Source: an uncultured delta proteobacterium (GTDB lineage Bacteria > Desulfobacterota > Zymogenia > Zymogenales > Zymogenaceae). Taken from it: 64,000 nucleotides of DNA. The notes under the pieces are model-generated. The model was not told where the DNA came from and searched no databases. It saw nothing but the letters and a program-made list of their open reading frames with translations. Below, piece after piece: positions 21,179 through 30,977 of this stretch. The translations under genes were made by a program, and so were the position numbers. The stretch spans positions 640,001 through 704,000 of the forward strand of contig CAWBYW010000007.1 of NCBI GenBank assembly GCA_963792965.1. The letters run 5' to 3'. The first letter of the stretch is position 1. The number at the start of each line of letters is the position of its first letter.

Positions 21179-22339
21179 ATGGATATCAGGGAATTCTTGG
21201 GACACGTGGAGGGGTTCAAAGAGGTTATAGAGGAGCGTGAGAGCCTGAAGCGCGTCTTCGGCGATATCTCCATCCCGAGGGACTTCGCCGATAATTACAT
21301 CAGGCTATTGCATCCGAAAAAGATCGCGGTAACAGTGGTAGAGATCGTCGATGAGACCGCCTCGGCCAAGACCTTCCGGCTCGCCCCGGAGGACGGCTAC
21401 CTCCCCCCCTTCCGGGCGGGGCAGTACGTCAACTGGGAGGTCACCATCGGAAACGTGAAGACCGGCCGCGCCTTCTCGATCTCGTCGCCCCCGCACCAGC
21501 GCGGCTTTTACGAGCTGACCGTGCGCAGGATGAGCGAGGGATTTGTCTCTCATTACCTGCTGGACAAGGTGAGAGTCGGCGATCGGTTTACGATCTCGGG
21601 GCCGGCGGGCGCCTTCTACCATGAGCCGCTGATCGACACGAAAGAGCTCGTCTTTATCGCCGGCGGCTCGGGGGTCACTCCCTTTAGGAGCATCATCAGG
21701 GAGGCGGCCGAGCGGGGGCGGGACCTTTCGATCTGGCTCGTCTACGGCAGCCGCACGGACGAAGACGTCATTTTCGGAGAAGAGCTCGCGCGGATCGCCA
21801 AACACCATCCTCATGTGAAGTACCGGCTCGTCGTCTCGGAGCCGTCGGCCCGATACAAAGGCAAGACCGGCTTCATCACCGCCGACGTGATAAGAGAATT
21901 CGTGGGGGACGTGAAGGGGAAGACCTTCTACCTCTGCGGGCCGGAGCTGATGTATCGGTTCGTGGGGCCCGAGCTTTCAAAACTCGGTGTCTCGCCCCGG
22001 CGCGTCAGGCGCGAGTCGTACGGCCCACCCGCCGACGTCACCAAAGAATCCGGGTGGCCCACCGATATCACGGCCGACAGGCGATTCAAGGTCATCGTCA
22101 ATGGGGAGGCTACCATCGAGGCGCGCGCGGGCGAGCCGCTCATCGTAGCGCTCGAGCGGGCCGGTCTCATCGTCCCCAGCCTCTGCAGGAGCGGCGAGTG
22201 CAGCCTCTGCCGCACGAAGATCGTCAAGGGATCGACCTTTATGCCCGACCGCGCGGCCGTCAGGGAGTCGGACCGATGGTATAACTATGTCCACTCTTGC
22301 ATGGCCTACCCCCTCTCCGACCTCGAGATCCGCTTTTGA
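21179..22339 (+). CDS. FAD/NAD-binding reductase with a C-terminal 2Fe-2S ferredoxin (PaaE-like)
   Basis: FRAGQY, RAFSISS, IAGGSGVTP, YLCGP, CRSGECSLC..C. Confidence 0.9.
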   Translation: MDIREFLGHVEGFKEVIEERESLKRVFGDISIPRDFADNYIRLLHPKKIAVTVVEIVDETASAKTFRLAPEDGYLPPFRAGQYVNWEVTIGNVKTGRAFSISSPPHQRGFYELTVRRMSEGFVSHYLLDKVRVGDRFTISGPAGAFYHEPLIDTKELVFIAGGSGVTPFRSIIREAAERGRDLSIWLVYGSRTDEDVIFGEELARIAKHHPHVKYRLVVSEPSARYKGKTGFITADVIREFVGDVKGKTFYLCGPELMYRFVGPELSKLGVSPRRVRRESYGPPADVTKESGWPTDITADRRFKVIVNGEATIEARAGEPLIVALERAGLIVPSLCRSGECSLCRTKIVKGSTFMPDRAAVRESDRWYNYVHSCMAYPLSDLEIRF

Positions 22340-22352
22340 CCGAAAAAGACAA

Positions 22353-22389
22353 CGGCCCCGATACCGAAGGGTAAGGGGCCGCTCTTCTT
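22353..22389. terminator. Hairpin between convergent genes
   Basis: CGGCCCC..TACC-GAAG-GGTA..GGGGCCG. Confidence 0.5.
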
Positions 22390-22396
22390 GTTCCGA

Positions 22397-22591
22397 CTAA
22401 TCCTCGACCCAGCTGATACATTCCACCGGACAGGAATCGATGGCCTCCTGGATCTCTTCCTCCTTTGCCCCCGTGGGGTCAAAGACCTCGGCCACCATAT
22501 CGTCGGTGAGCCTGAAAACCCCCGGACAGAGGTCCACGCAGGTCTCGCAGCCGGTGCAGATATCCTGGTCAACGTGCGGCTTCTTTGCCAT
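22397..22591 (-). CDS. Monocluster ferredoxin
   Basis: CTGCETCVDLCP...SCPVECI; GGAGG RBS. Confidence 0.9.
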   Translation of the reverse strand: MAKKPHVDQDICTGCETCVDLCPGVFRLTDDMVAEVFDPTGAKEEEIQEAIDSCPVECISWVED

Positions 22592-22811
22592 TGGCTACCC
22601 TCCACCTTATACCCCATGAGGACTTCGTTTTCATGGGGGCGCAGGTCAAAGAATGAGATGAATCCCGTGTATGTCCGCCGGGCCGCCGCTGGGCCGCCCG
22701 GAATTATCCCAGCCCGTCGCCGGACGGGGTCAAGCGCAGGCCCTTACCGATTGTGATAGGTACGACAAAAAGGCTGGCCGGCCGAAGGATGGTCTTTTCA
22801 CGCCGCGGCCC

Positions 22812-23960
22812 TCAGGCGATTTCTCTCCCGCCGACCCATGTCTTCAGTATATCCAACTTCCCGTCCAAAAGCAAGAGGTCGGCCTCTTTTCCGACCGCGA
22901 TGCTCCCGACCCGGTCATCGACCCCTATGAGGGTTGCCGGATTCAGGGAGGCGGCCCGGACGATGTGCACCAGAGGAATATCAGTGTTATTGTAGACGTT
23001 TCTCACACCTTTCATGAGGGGGCTCGCGCTTCCGGCCAGCACACCGGACCCAGCGATGAAGATTCTCCCTTCCACAAGGCGCACTTTCGCGCCGAAAAAG
23101 TCGTACTCGCCCTCCGGCAGTCCCAGAACCGCCACCGCGTCCGAGACCATGATCATTCGATCCGGACCCTTGAGCCGATAGCCCATCTCGACCATCGGCG
23201 CGGCAAGGTGAAACCCGTCGCAGATGAATTCGCTGTAAACCTCGCCCGACAAGAGCGCCGCGACCGCAATCCCCGGCTCCCGGTGATGGATGGGGCGCAT
23301 GGCGTTGAACGTATGACAGGTGACCCTCAGTCCCCTCTCTATCGCCTGGGTCCCCTCAGCAAACGTCGCGTCGGTGTGGACGGCACCCGGGATGATTCCC
23401 TCACGGGAAAGCTCTCCGATCAGATCCATTCCCCCGTCGAGCTCCGGGGCCAGCCCCATCATCGTGAGGAATCCTTCGGAGGCCTCGATGTATCTTTTCA
23501 GATCACCCTTTTCATATTTCCTCAGCGCGTCGAACCGCTGTGCCCCGGCCCGGGCCGGATTGAGGTACGGTCCCTCCATGTGGATGCCGAGGATACGGGC
23601 ACCCGTGAGCGTTTCCCTCGCCTGTCGGATCGTCGAGAGCGCCGTCAGCGTCTCCTCCATCCGGGAGGACTCTACCGTCGGGAGAAATGACGTTGTACCG
23701 AGGCCGGGCAACGCCTCCGACATCCTCTGGAGGTCCTCCACGCGTGCCGACTGGCACATGATTCCGAACGCCCCATGGATATGCTCGTCCACAAGCCCCG
23801 GGCTCAGATACGCGCCCTTTGCATGTACACGCTCGGAGTCCGCGCCGCCGAGGCCCGGACCGATCTCGGCAATCTTACCGTCTCGGACCAACACGTCGTT
23901 GCCCTCGGAGATCGCATCGGGGAGGATGAGCCTTGCCCCCGTAATGATGAAATCTTTCAC
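22812..23960 (-). CDS. nagA: N-acetylglucosamine-6-phosphate deacetylase
   Basis: PGLVDEHIHG, GIHMEGPYLN, HTFNAM, CDGFH, LAGS, GSIAVGKEAD. Confidence 0.93.
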   Translation of the reverse strand: MKDFIITGARLILPDAISEGNDVLVRDGKIAEIGPGLGGADSERVHAKGAYLSPGLVDEHIHGAFGIMCQSARVEDLQRMSEALPGLGTTSFLPTVESSRMEETLTALSTIRQARETLTGARILGIHMEGPYLNPARAGAQRFDALRKYEKGDLKRYIEASEGFLTMMGLAPELDGGMDLIGELSREGIIPGAVHTDATFAEGTQAIERGLRVTCHTFNAMRPIHHREPGIAVAALLSGEVYSEFICDGFHLAAPMVEMGYRLKGPDRMIMVSDAVAVLGLPEGEYDFFGAKVRLVEGRIFIAGSGVLAGSASPLMKGVRNVYNNTDIPLVHIVRAASLNPATLIGVDDRVGSIAVGKEADLLLLDGKLDILKTWVGGREIA

Positions 23961-25228
23961 TGTCTTCCTTCAATGAGATCGTATGCCACCTTCACAACGG
24001 CACCGATGGACTCCGGCGATAAGAACGCCGACGTCGATTCATAGCGGTCTTCGCCGACCGCGAGATACCCGAAGTAGTCTTCCGCATAGCCACATACCAT
24101 CAGATCAAAAGAGGCCCGCGCCTTCAGGGCAAGCGCCGTTTCACTCATGACCTCTCCGGGAAGAAAGATGATGCCGAGTGTCCCGATCTTCACAAGGATA
24201 ACCCTCAGCTCCATGTTGCGAGGCCCCATGATATGCTCAAATCCCCCTCCCCCGATGAAGTAGAGGGTGACAAGGATACCCTCCCGGATCGATTCGAGCC
24301 GACGAATGCCGCCGGTGGAGAGCCCGCCCGAGCACGCCTTCTTGATCCTTCCTTCGATCTCCGCCAGCCTCCGTTCGACCTGTTCCCTGTCCGGAAGAAC
24401 CCGGTACCCGACCGGGACGGGAATAAACCCCACACTGATCTCTTCACCGACCAGGGGCCGGCTCACGTCCTCGGCATCACGAACGGAGTTAAAGAACAGA
24501 TCGGTAAAGCGGCCCAGCTCCCGCTGGTCTCTTCCGCGTCTCGTGAACCGGGTGCTTACGTCGGCCGAGCCACCGTTGAGAAGAAGGGAAGTCCCTCCCA
24601 ATAGCCCGTCAGACTTCGCCAGTCCCCTTCCGACCCAGTCCGCGGAGAACATGAGGTTCTCCGGCCCCAGGACCGTCGGGTGGCACCCGTAATTGACGAT
24701 CCTCGAGACGGTCTTCCCGTCCCCTTTCTTCGCCGTCAGGATGATGAGCTCATCGTCGACGGGCCGCTCCGGATCATTTCGGTGCGCGCCGAGGCCGCTG
24801 ACGCCCGCCTTCCCGATCCATAGGGTTACCGGGCGGGCGGACGCTGTCAGACTCTGCGCCGCCTCGACGAGCCTTCGTGCCGTCCCCTCAAGATAGGAAT
24901 CCTCATCCAAAGCCGGAACCGCGGACGATCTGAAGACTCCCGGGCCGGAATGCGTGTGGACGGCGCTGATGATGATCTGGTCTTCATCGATCCCGACCTC
25001 GCGTGCGATCGCCTCTTTAATGATCGTGGTCCAGCGGCCGTCCAGGAATACCCAGTCGAGGCTCACCAAGAGCAGCCGATCGCTTCCCGCCGAAAGGAAA
25101 AGGAGCCGCGCCCTGATCGGATCCAGGATGCCCTGTGACACCCCCGTGCGGAACAGATATCCGCCGAGGGGAAAACCAAGCGGTGGGGTTATGTCTATCG
25201 ACGCCGTCGACGCGAGAAATTCCCCCAT
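23957..25228 (-). CDS. Neutral/alkaline ceramidase-family amidohydrolase
   Basis: DITPP..PLGGY, SAVHTHSGP, NYGCHPT, SADW.G, PGE. Confidence 0.8.
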   Translation of the reverse strand: MGEFLASTASIDITPPLGFPLGGYLFRTGVSQGILDPIRARLLFLSAGSDRLLLVSLDWVFLDGRWTTIIKEAIAREVGIDEDQIIISAVHTHSGPGVFRSSAVPALDEDSYLEGTARRLVEAAQSLTASARPVTLWIGKAGVSGLGAHRNDPERPVDDELIILTAKKGDGKTVSRIVNYGCHPTVLGPENLMFSADWVGRGLAKSDGLLGGTSLLLNGGSADVSTRFTRRGRDQRELGRFTDLFFNSVRDAEDVSRPLVGEEISVGFIPVPVGYRVLPDREQVERRLAEIEGRIKKACSGGLSTGGIRRLESIREGILVTLYFIGGGGFEHIMGPRNMELRVILVKIGTLGIIFLPGEVMSETALALKARASFDLMVCGYAEDYFGYLAVGEDRYESTSAFLSPESIGAVVKVAYDLIEGRQ

Positions 25229-26205
25229 TACCGAAGGCCTTGGATCAGATGATCGCGAACCGCGGCAAAATCGAGATAGAGACGCTCAAAAGCGATTTTC
25301 ACTCCCCCACCGATCGCGGGCATCTCGGGGGGCCTGATCTCCGCCTTATGAAACACGTCCCTGATGGACTGGCAAAACGGTGCGATGACGAGATCCCGCG
25401 CCAAAAAGACGCTGCCCGACCAGGAGACCTTCACCTCTTCGGGGGGGATCTTAAGGTTTCGCGCGACAGTGACTACCCCGAGGGCGAGCTCCCGCCCCGC
25501 ATCACTCATGATTCGGCGGGCGACCTCGTCCCCGTCTCGCGCCGCCTCGGCCACGACGACCGCGCCCTCGGCAATCCGGTCGCGCGTCACGCTCTTGTCC
25601 AGATAGACGGTAATCGCCACGGCGATCATATCGGGGACACCGAAAAGTTTCGGTAACTCCTCAACCAGCCGTGTCGGAGCGTCCCGCCCGTCAAAAGCCC
25701 GGGCCGCCGCCCTCAGACCCCTCACCGCGATGTCGTAGGCGCTCCCTTCATCGCCGAGTATGTGTCCCCACCCCCCGGCCTGAAGCCCCTCGCCCCGCTT
25801 ATTTCTCCCGTAGACCGTCGAGCCGGTTCCGGCCGTCGCCACCACGCCCCACCCATAGGGGAGCGCCCCAAAAAATCCCGCCACCATGTCTCCCACCAGA
25901 TAAACCGGCACGCCCGGAAAATATTCCGAGATGATCCCTTCAACGTAGTCGGCCCCCTCCCTCAGGTAGCCGATACCGGCGGTGTCGCCGGCAATGATAC
26001 GCACATCGGCCGGATCGATGCCCGCCGATTTCATCGATTCGGCGATCGCCTCTTTCAGTGAGGCCCTGACCACCTCGATGGGGGAAAGGACATGGTTTGC
26101 CGGCCCGGAAGAGCCCCTCCCGATGATCTCGCCCTTCGTCGTCACGGCGATCGCCGTCGTGTGCGTCCCCCCGCCGTCTACCGAGATGATGATATCTTTA
26201 CCCAT
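25228..26205 (-). CDS. BadF/BadG/BcrA/BcrD-type N-acetylglucosamine kinase
   Basis: VDGGGTHT, AGTGS, GGWGHILGDEGSAY. Confidence 0.88.
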   Translation of the reverse strand: MGKDIIISVDGGGTHTTAIAVTTKGEIIGRGSSGPANHVLSPIEVVRASLKEAIAESMKSAGIDPADVRIIAGDTAGIGYLREGADYVEGIISEYFPGVPVYLVGDMVAGFFGALPYGWGVVATAGTGSTVYGRNKRGEGLQAGGWGHILGDEGSAYDIAVRGLRAAARAFDGRDAPTRLVEELPKLFGVPDMIAVAITVYLDKSVTRDRIAEGAVVVAEAARDGDEVARRIMSDAGRELALGVVTVARNLKIPPEEVKVSWSGSVFLARDLVIAPFCQSIRDVFHKAEIRPPEMPAIGGGVKIAFERLYLDFAAVRDHLIQGLR

Positions 26206-27551
26206 TACTGTTCCTTGATCCCCATGATCTTTCTGGTCTCCTCGGGATTGTCACCGAGCTTATATCCGAGCAGGATAACAAAGCCGATAAGAGAGACGAC
26301 TCCGAGCACGATCCACACAAGCTTGATGCCGAGTGGATGTTCTTTCGTATTCCCAAAAGCCGAAAATAGCACGGGAAGAACCACGGTGGAAAGCGCGAAC
26401 CCGACCTTCCGTGAAAACCCGAAAACCCCGTAATACATCGCCTCCCGACGCTTGCCCGTCAGCATCTGGTCGTAGTCGGCGATGTCGCCCATCATGGCAT
26501 AGACGAGGATCATGAACCCGCCCAGAGGGATGCTCACCGGCGGAAGGAGGATAAAGCCCTGGACGGCGATCGGAATGCCGGGAATCGAGCCGACCAGGAA
26601 GATCAGGGGAAAGAAGGCCGCCAGCAAGAGCGAGACAACCTGCAACAGCCGCCTCTTGCTATATCGATGGGAAAGCCACATCCAGAGGGGAACCGACGCA
26701 ACCATGCAGAGGATGAACTCGGCCTGGTAATACATCACGAACGACTCGGGCTTATCCACAACGGACTTGACAAAGTAGGGCATGATCACCAGCAGCACCT
26801 CGTAGCACATATAGAGGGCGACGATCGCGAGGCCGAAGAAAAGAAACTGCTTGTTGGTGAAGGTCGCCTTGAACGAGTCCCACAGTTTTATCTTCACATC
26901 GGCCCGGGAAAATTCCACCGGCAGCTCCTTGATCCCCGGAAGGCAGATGTACATCGTGACCAGACCGATGGCCGCCGTTACAATCGCCATCGTGACCGGT
27001 CCCTTATTCTGGAAGAGATTTGGTGCGATGAATGCCACCATCAGAAAACCGACGATGGCGTAGATCAGCTTCCACGAGGTGAGCTTGACCCGGTCATCGG
27101 AGGTGAGGGCGATCTCGGCCAGGAGGGCGTCGTATGGGATGCCGATGACGTCGTAGAATAAGAAATAGACAAAAAACACGCCCATCAGATATATCACGTT
27201 AAGGCTCGATACCCCGGCCACAGGTGGGAGCCAAAGGAAGATGAACGCAATGATCATCAGGGGTGTGCCGATGACGATGAACGGTTTCCTCCGTCCCCAT
27301 CGGGTCTTGGTATTGTCTGAAATGTGGCCGATGAGGGGATTTATGACCGCGTCGAAAACCCGCCCTACGGTAAGGATCAGGCCGACGGCCATGATCGGAA
27401 TATAGGAATGCCTTCCCGAATCGGACGGCGGGGCATAAAAATACATGATCCAGGTAAAGAGCACACCTTCCACGAAGTTGAGGCTGATCGAGCCCCAGTT
27501 ATAGAAAAAGACCTCCTTATTGGTGAGCCGCTTGATGACTTCCTTTTCCAT
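26205..27551 (-). CDS. MFS (GPH/MelB-like) sugar transporter
   Basis: DAVINPLIGHISDNTKTRWGRRKPF, GKRREAMYYG; about 12 TM helices. Confidence 0.9.
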   Translation of the reverse strand: MEKEVIKRLTNKEVFFYNWGSISLNFVEGVLFTWIMYFYAPPSDSGRHSYIPIMAVGLILTVGRVFDAVINPLIGHISDNTKTRWGRRKPFIVIGTPLMIIAFIFLWLPPVAGVSSLNVIYLMGVFFVYFLFYDVIGIPYDALLAEIALTSDDRVKLTSWKLIYAIVGFLMVAFIAPNLFQNKGPVTMAIVTAAIGLVTMYICLPGIKELPVEFSRADVKIKLWDSFKATFTNKQFLFFGLAIVALYMCYEVLLVIMPYFVKSVVDKPESFVMYYQAEFILCMVASVPLWMWLSHRYSKRRLLQVVSLLLAAFFPLIFLVGSIPGIPIAVQGFILLPPVSIPLGGFMILVYAMMGDIADYDQMLTGKRREAMYYGVFGFSRKVGFALSTVVLPVLFSAFGNTKEHPLGIKLVWIVLGVVSLIGFVILLGYKLGDNPEETRKIMGIKEQ

Positions 27552-27991
27552 CGTGTCGCCTCCTGATAGAGTTTATCCGATCGCCACCCGTATCGACCAT
27601 CTCCGCTCATCCCCCGCGAAGAAATAGAGCAGATAAAACCCTCCGAGGAGCAGACCCCAGGCTGACACCCGAACCGGGAAGAGTTAGGGTGAGACTCTCC
27701 TCGGCGCAGAGAGGCTCGGGGGCTCGATACTTCCGACTCCAACCGGTTGATCTGCCCGGGTCGGAGGGGGGAGATTACAACAGTCGAGCGGAAAGGACGG
27801 AGAAATCGTCGGTGAAGCCGGGGCCCGCCGTCTGATCTTTCGGCGATGAGGTCGGGGTAAGGCGATATTCGCCCCCGGTAACGAAGTCGTCGATCCGCCC
27901 GCCGGAAAGAGGCCGTACGGAAGGTCCCGTCGGCTCCCATAGAATCGTCGGAAAGGAGAGCTCGATCCACCCGCCCTTGGTCCCGTCCGTT

Positions 27992-28726
27992 TCAAATATG
28001 CTTGATCCTTCCCCGGTATTTCATGAATTCCTGAATGAGCTCTCCGAGTTTAGCGGCCTCCATGTTCACGGAAACATAGACCGCCGGCGGCTTCTTTTTC
28101 TCGGCAAGGATATGGGTGGCTTCGATGATGACACAGTGGAGAAGGATCGATCCGATGATGGTCGAAGTGGGGCCCATCATTGCCTTTACTCGCGGCACCT
28201 GGACGGAGGCGTCACCGGGGAGGACGCCGGTATCCAGCACGACATCCGCGACCTCGAAGAGACGCTTCCCCGAAGGGTGGCCCGACTTGATCGCCATCGT
28301 ATGCTTCATGCTCGTGACGGCGATGAGCTTTAGTCCCATATCTTTCATCCGGAGGGCCATCTCGATGGGGGCCTGGTTCTTGCCCGAGTTGGAGATGATG
28401 ATCGCTACGTCACTGCTCCTGATCTGGTATCCCGAAAGCGTCATCGATGCGACGCCGGCCAGCCGCTCCATGTTCGTACTGCGTAGTGCACCGTGGGAAA
28501 GGAGAAACGAGGGATCCAGGATCGCGTTTACCGGCACGATCCCCCCCGCCCGGCAAAAGATCTCCTGCGCCACGAGCGCCGAATGTCCACTGCCGAATGT
28601 GTGGACGACACCTTCCAGTTCAATGGCCTTGGCCACTAAGGCGGCGGCTTCGTTAATTTTTTCCCTCTGCGAGTCGGCGACCTCTTTGATCTGACGACCG
28701 ACCTCCTCTACAAATGCCTCCCACAT
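27992..28726 (-). CDS. SIS-domain sugar isomerase-like protein
   Basis: FGSGHS, RAGG, ISNSGKN, HPSGKRL, GPTST. Confidence 0.88.
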   Translation of the reverse strand: MWEAFVEEVGRQIKEVADSQREKINEAAALVAKAIELEGVVHTFGSGHSALVAQEIFCRAGGIVPVNAILDPSFLLSHGALRSTNMERLAGVASMTLSGYQIRSSDVAIIISNSGKNQAPIEMALRMKDMGLKLIAVTSMKHTMAIKSGHPSGKRLFEVADVVLDTGVLPGDASVQVPRVKAMMGPTSTIIGSILLHCVIIEATHILAEKKKPPAVYVSVNMEAAKLGELIQEFMKYRGRIKHI

Positions 28727-28751
28727 GCGGTGTGACCCCCATAGCTATATG

Positions 28752-29561
28752 TTAACGCGCCAGTAACGCCCTCACCTTCGGACAGAACGGACAGAGCTCC
28801 CACGAACAGAGGAGAAATAAGGGATCTTCCTTAAGTATTCCGGTCACCGTCGTAAGCAGGCCCTTTCCCGACACCCGCTGGATCAGGGCGCCGCCCATCC
28901 GGTAGTACGTGATAAGCCCTCGCTGTTTCAACGGCTCCTCCACGGCAACAAAGTTGATACTGCATCCCGGATTTTCCCTCGGCGGGAATTCCCGCGTGGT
29001 GCCGTCCGCAAGTCGGGAAAGTAATGGACGGGCGTACTCGTCGCTATACGGGATGTCGAGGTAAGGGACGGCCGCCATGGCCTCCGCGACGTGGACGGCG
29101 GAGTTTGCCCAGTGCCCCACACCGAGAAGCAGGATATCTCCCCCCTCCTGGAGGATCAGGTCTACCGGTGAGCCAACCCCGAGGGCGGTAGCGGTTTCAT
29201 GGGCACGGACGTAGTGCTCCTTGTCTTTTCCCCATACGGCGACCGAGTGGGAGGGATGGATGCTCCGAACAACGTCCGCGCGCCTTCGAAAAATCTCGGA
29301 GATCACCCCGAGGGTGGTCGGAGTGCTCCCCGGATCGAAGATCCGTGCGGGGGGAAAGGTGAACGTTGGCATCATGATGGTGCCGGACTCCGTAACCGAC
29401 CGAACCAGCGAATCGATAACCGTGTTCGCCCCGCCCTCGACCCACCCGAGCATTTTCAGGCTTGAGTGGACGAGGAATCTCTCCCCCTCTTTGGCTCCAA
29501 TACTCCTCAGGGCTTTTTCGAGGTCGGAGCGGGTGATCTTCTCTTGGTCTGCCGCCGTCAC
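28752..29561 (-). CDS. AAC(3)/YokD-family N-acetyltransferase
   Basis: LVHSSL..LGWVEGGA, MMPTFT, RSIHPSHS, LLLGVG...NSAVHVAE. Confidence 0.85.
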   Translation of the reverse strand: MTAADQEKITRSDLEKALRSIGAKEGERFLVHSSLKMLGWVEGGANTVIDSLVRSVTESGTIMMPTFTFPPARIFDPGSTPTTLGVISEIFRRRADVVRSIHPSHSVAVWGKDKEHYVRAHETATALGVGSPVDLILQEGGDILLLGVGHWANSAVHVAEAMAAVPYLDIPYSDEYARPLLSRLADGTTREFPPRENPGCSINFVAVEEPLKQRGLITYYRMGGALIQRVSGKGLLTTVTGILKEDPLFLLCSWELCPFCPKVRALLAR

Positions 29562-29844
29562 GTTTTGTTTCAGGTCAGTAAGAAATCAGGTCTATAAAAG
29601 GAATGATCGACACGCGCCGCTCAGTCTTTCCCAGCCAACGCGAGGAAACGACCTCATCGCCGGCGTCACCCGAAAAAAGGGGCACGGGAATATGTCGTAT
29701 CGAGCACGCCACCACGACCCTATGAACGCACGGGTGAACGAGGGCATAAGTCCTCGATATATAACCCCTTTTCGGGACGGCTCTATCTGCGGACCCCGCC
29801 TCGCATCGACGGCAACGCCGGCTGACGTTCAGCGCTTAGCAGAG

Positions 29845-29860
29845 TGTGATGTCTGTCACA
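29845..29860. promoter_or_regulatory. CRP/FNR-family-like binding site
   Basis: TGTGA-TGTCTG-TCACA, an exact TGTGA-N6-TCACA, in the divergent intergenic region. Confidence 0.6.
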
Positions 29861-29948
29861 TTCGGTATGTTACCCATTGTATTCCTTTTTTTTCTCCTTT
29901 TTCAAGACTTTTCTGTAGGTTTGACAACTTTATGAAATATTTTTCTCC

Positions 29949-29977
29949 TTGAGCAAAGACGGCAAATGGGATATACT
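29949..29977 (+). promoter_or_regulatory. Putative sigma70 promoter of the AAA+/VWA pair
   Basis: TTGAGC-N17-TATACT. Confidence 0.45.
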
Positions 29978-30008
29978 CTTAATCTTACATATCGCATAAG
30001 GACAGCAC

Positions 30009-30857
30009 ATGAATACCTACGCCGGAACCAAGACTTATATCGTGTCGCCCGAGCTCAGAGATTCCGTTAATGTCTCTATTGCCCTGTCACGTCCGCTCCT
30101 CGTCAAGGGCGAGCCGGGAACGGGCAAGACGCTCCTTGCCCACTCGATCGCCGAGGATCTCAACAAGAGGATCATCGTCTGGAACGTCAAGTCCACGACG
30201 AAAGCCCGGGACGGGCTCTACGTCTATGATACCGTCCAGAGACTCAACGACGCCCGCTTCGGAGAAGGAGACGTCTCCGACATCAAACGGTATATCAAGC
30301 TGGGGAAACTGGGCCAGGCATTCACGACCGACGAGCAGGTGGTGCTCCTGATCGACGAGATCGACAAGGCCGACCTCGAATTTCCCAACGATCTTCTCGG
30401 GGAAATGGATGTCATGACATTTCACATCCCCGAGACCGACGAGACCATCACGGCCAGGCACAGACCCATCGTCATCATCACGAGCAATGCCGAAAAAGAG
30501 CTGCCGGACGCCTTCCTGCGCCGGTGTGTATTTCACTACATAGAGTTCCCCCCTGAAGAGCTGATGGAGCGGATTATCCACGTTCACTTCCCCTCCATCG
30601 AGGATCAGCTCCTTTCGTCCGTCCTCAAGAAGTTCTATTGGATACGCACGATTGATCAGCTCCGGAAGAAGCCTTCCACATCCGAGCTCGTCGATTGGGT
30701 GAGGGCGCTCATGGTGGGAGGGATTACGCCCGATCGCATAGAGACCGAGATACCGTTCCTCGGGGCGCTGCTCAAGAAACGGGAGGATTTTAGCGTGCTG
30801 GAACGTCAAGGGGAAAACCAGAAGATATACGAGAAGTACCGCTCCCAGTCCCGGTAG
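30009..30857 (+). CDS. MoxR-family AAA+ ATPase
   Basis: GEPGTGKT (Walker A), LLIDEIDKAD (Walker B), ELPDAFLRRC, KKPSTSE. Confidence 0.92.
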   Translation: MNTYAGTKTYIVSPELRDSVNVSIALSRPLLVKGEPGTGKTLLAHSIAEDLNKRIIVWNVKSTTKARDGLYVYDTVQRLNDARFGEGDVSDIKRYIKLGKLGQAFTTDEQVVLLIDEIDKADLEFPNDLLGEMDVMTFHIPETDETITARHRPIVIITSNAEKELPDAFLRRCVFHYIEFPPEELMERIIHVHFPSIEDQLLSSVLKKFYWIRTIDQLRKKPSTSELVDWVRALMVGGITPDRIETEIPFLGALLKKREDFSVLERQGENQKIYEKYRSQSR

Positions 30858-30977
30858 GCGACCCCACGTCCGTGGGGGGGCGCGGCTTTCGGCCTCGTGC
30901 CGAGATATCTCCGCTACTCCTCCGAAGGAACTCGAAGGGTTGTTGCGCCGGTGCCCCTGATTATATCAGAATAGACT

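Noticed and set aside
28752-29561. Acquired aminoglycoside-resistance gene
   Set aside because: No integron, IS or obvious compositional anomaly; it is embedded in a sugar-catabolic cluster.
29740-29840. Minus-strand AGCGCUGAAC...GCGAGGCGGGG resembling a glmS ribozyme upstream of amino-sugar genes
   Set aside because: The AGCGCC, GACGAGG and UAUCGA..UCGGCGG core elements are not all present in the right order; the similarity is superficial.
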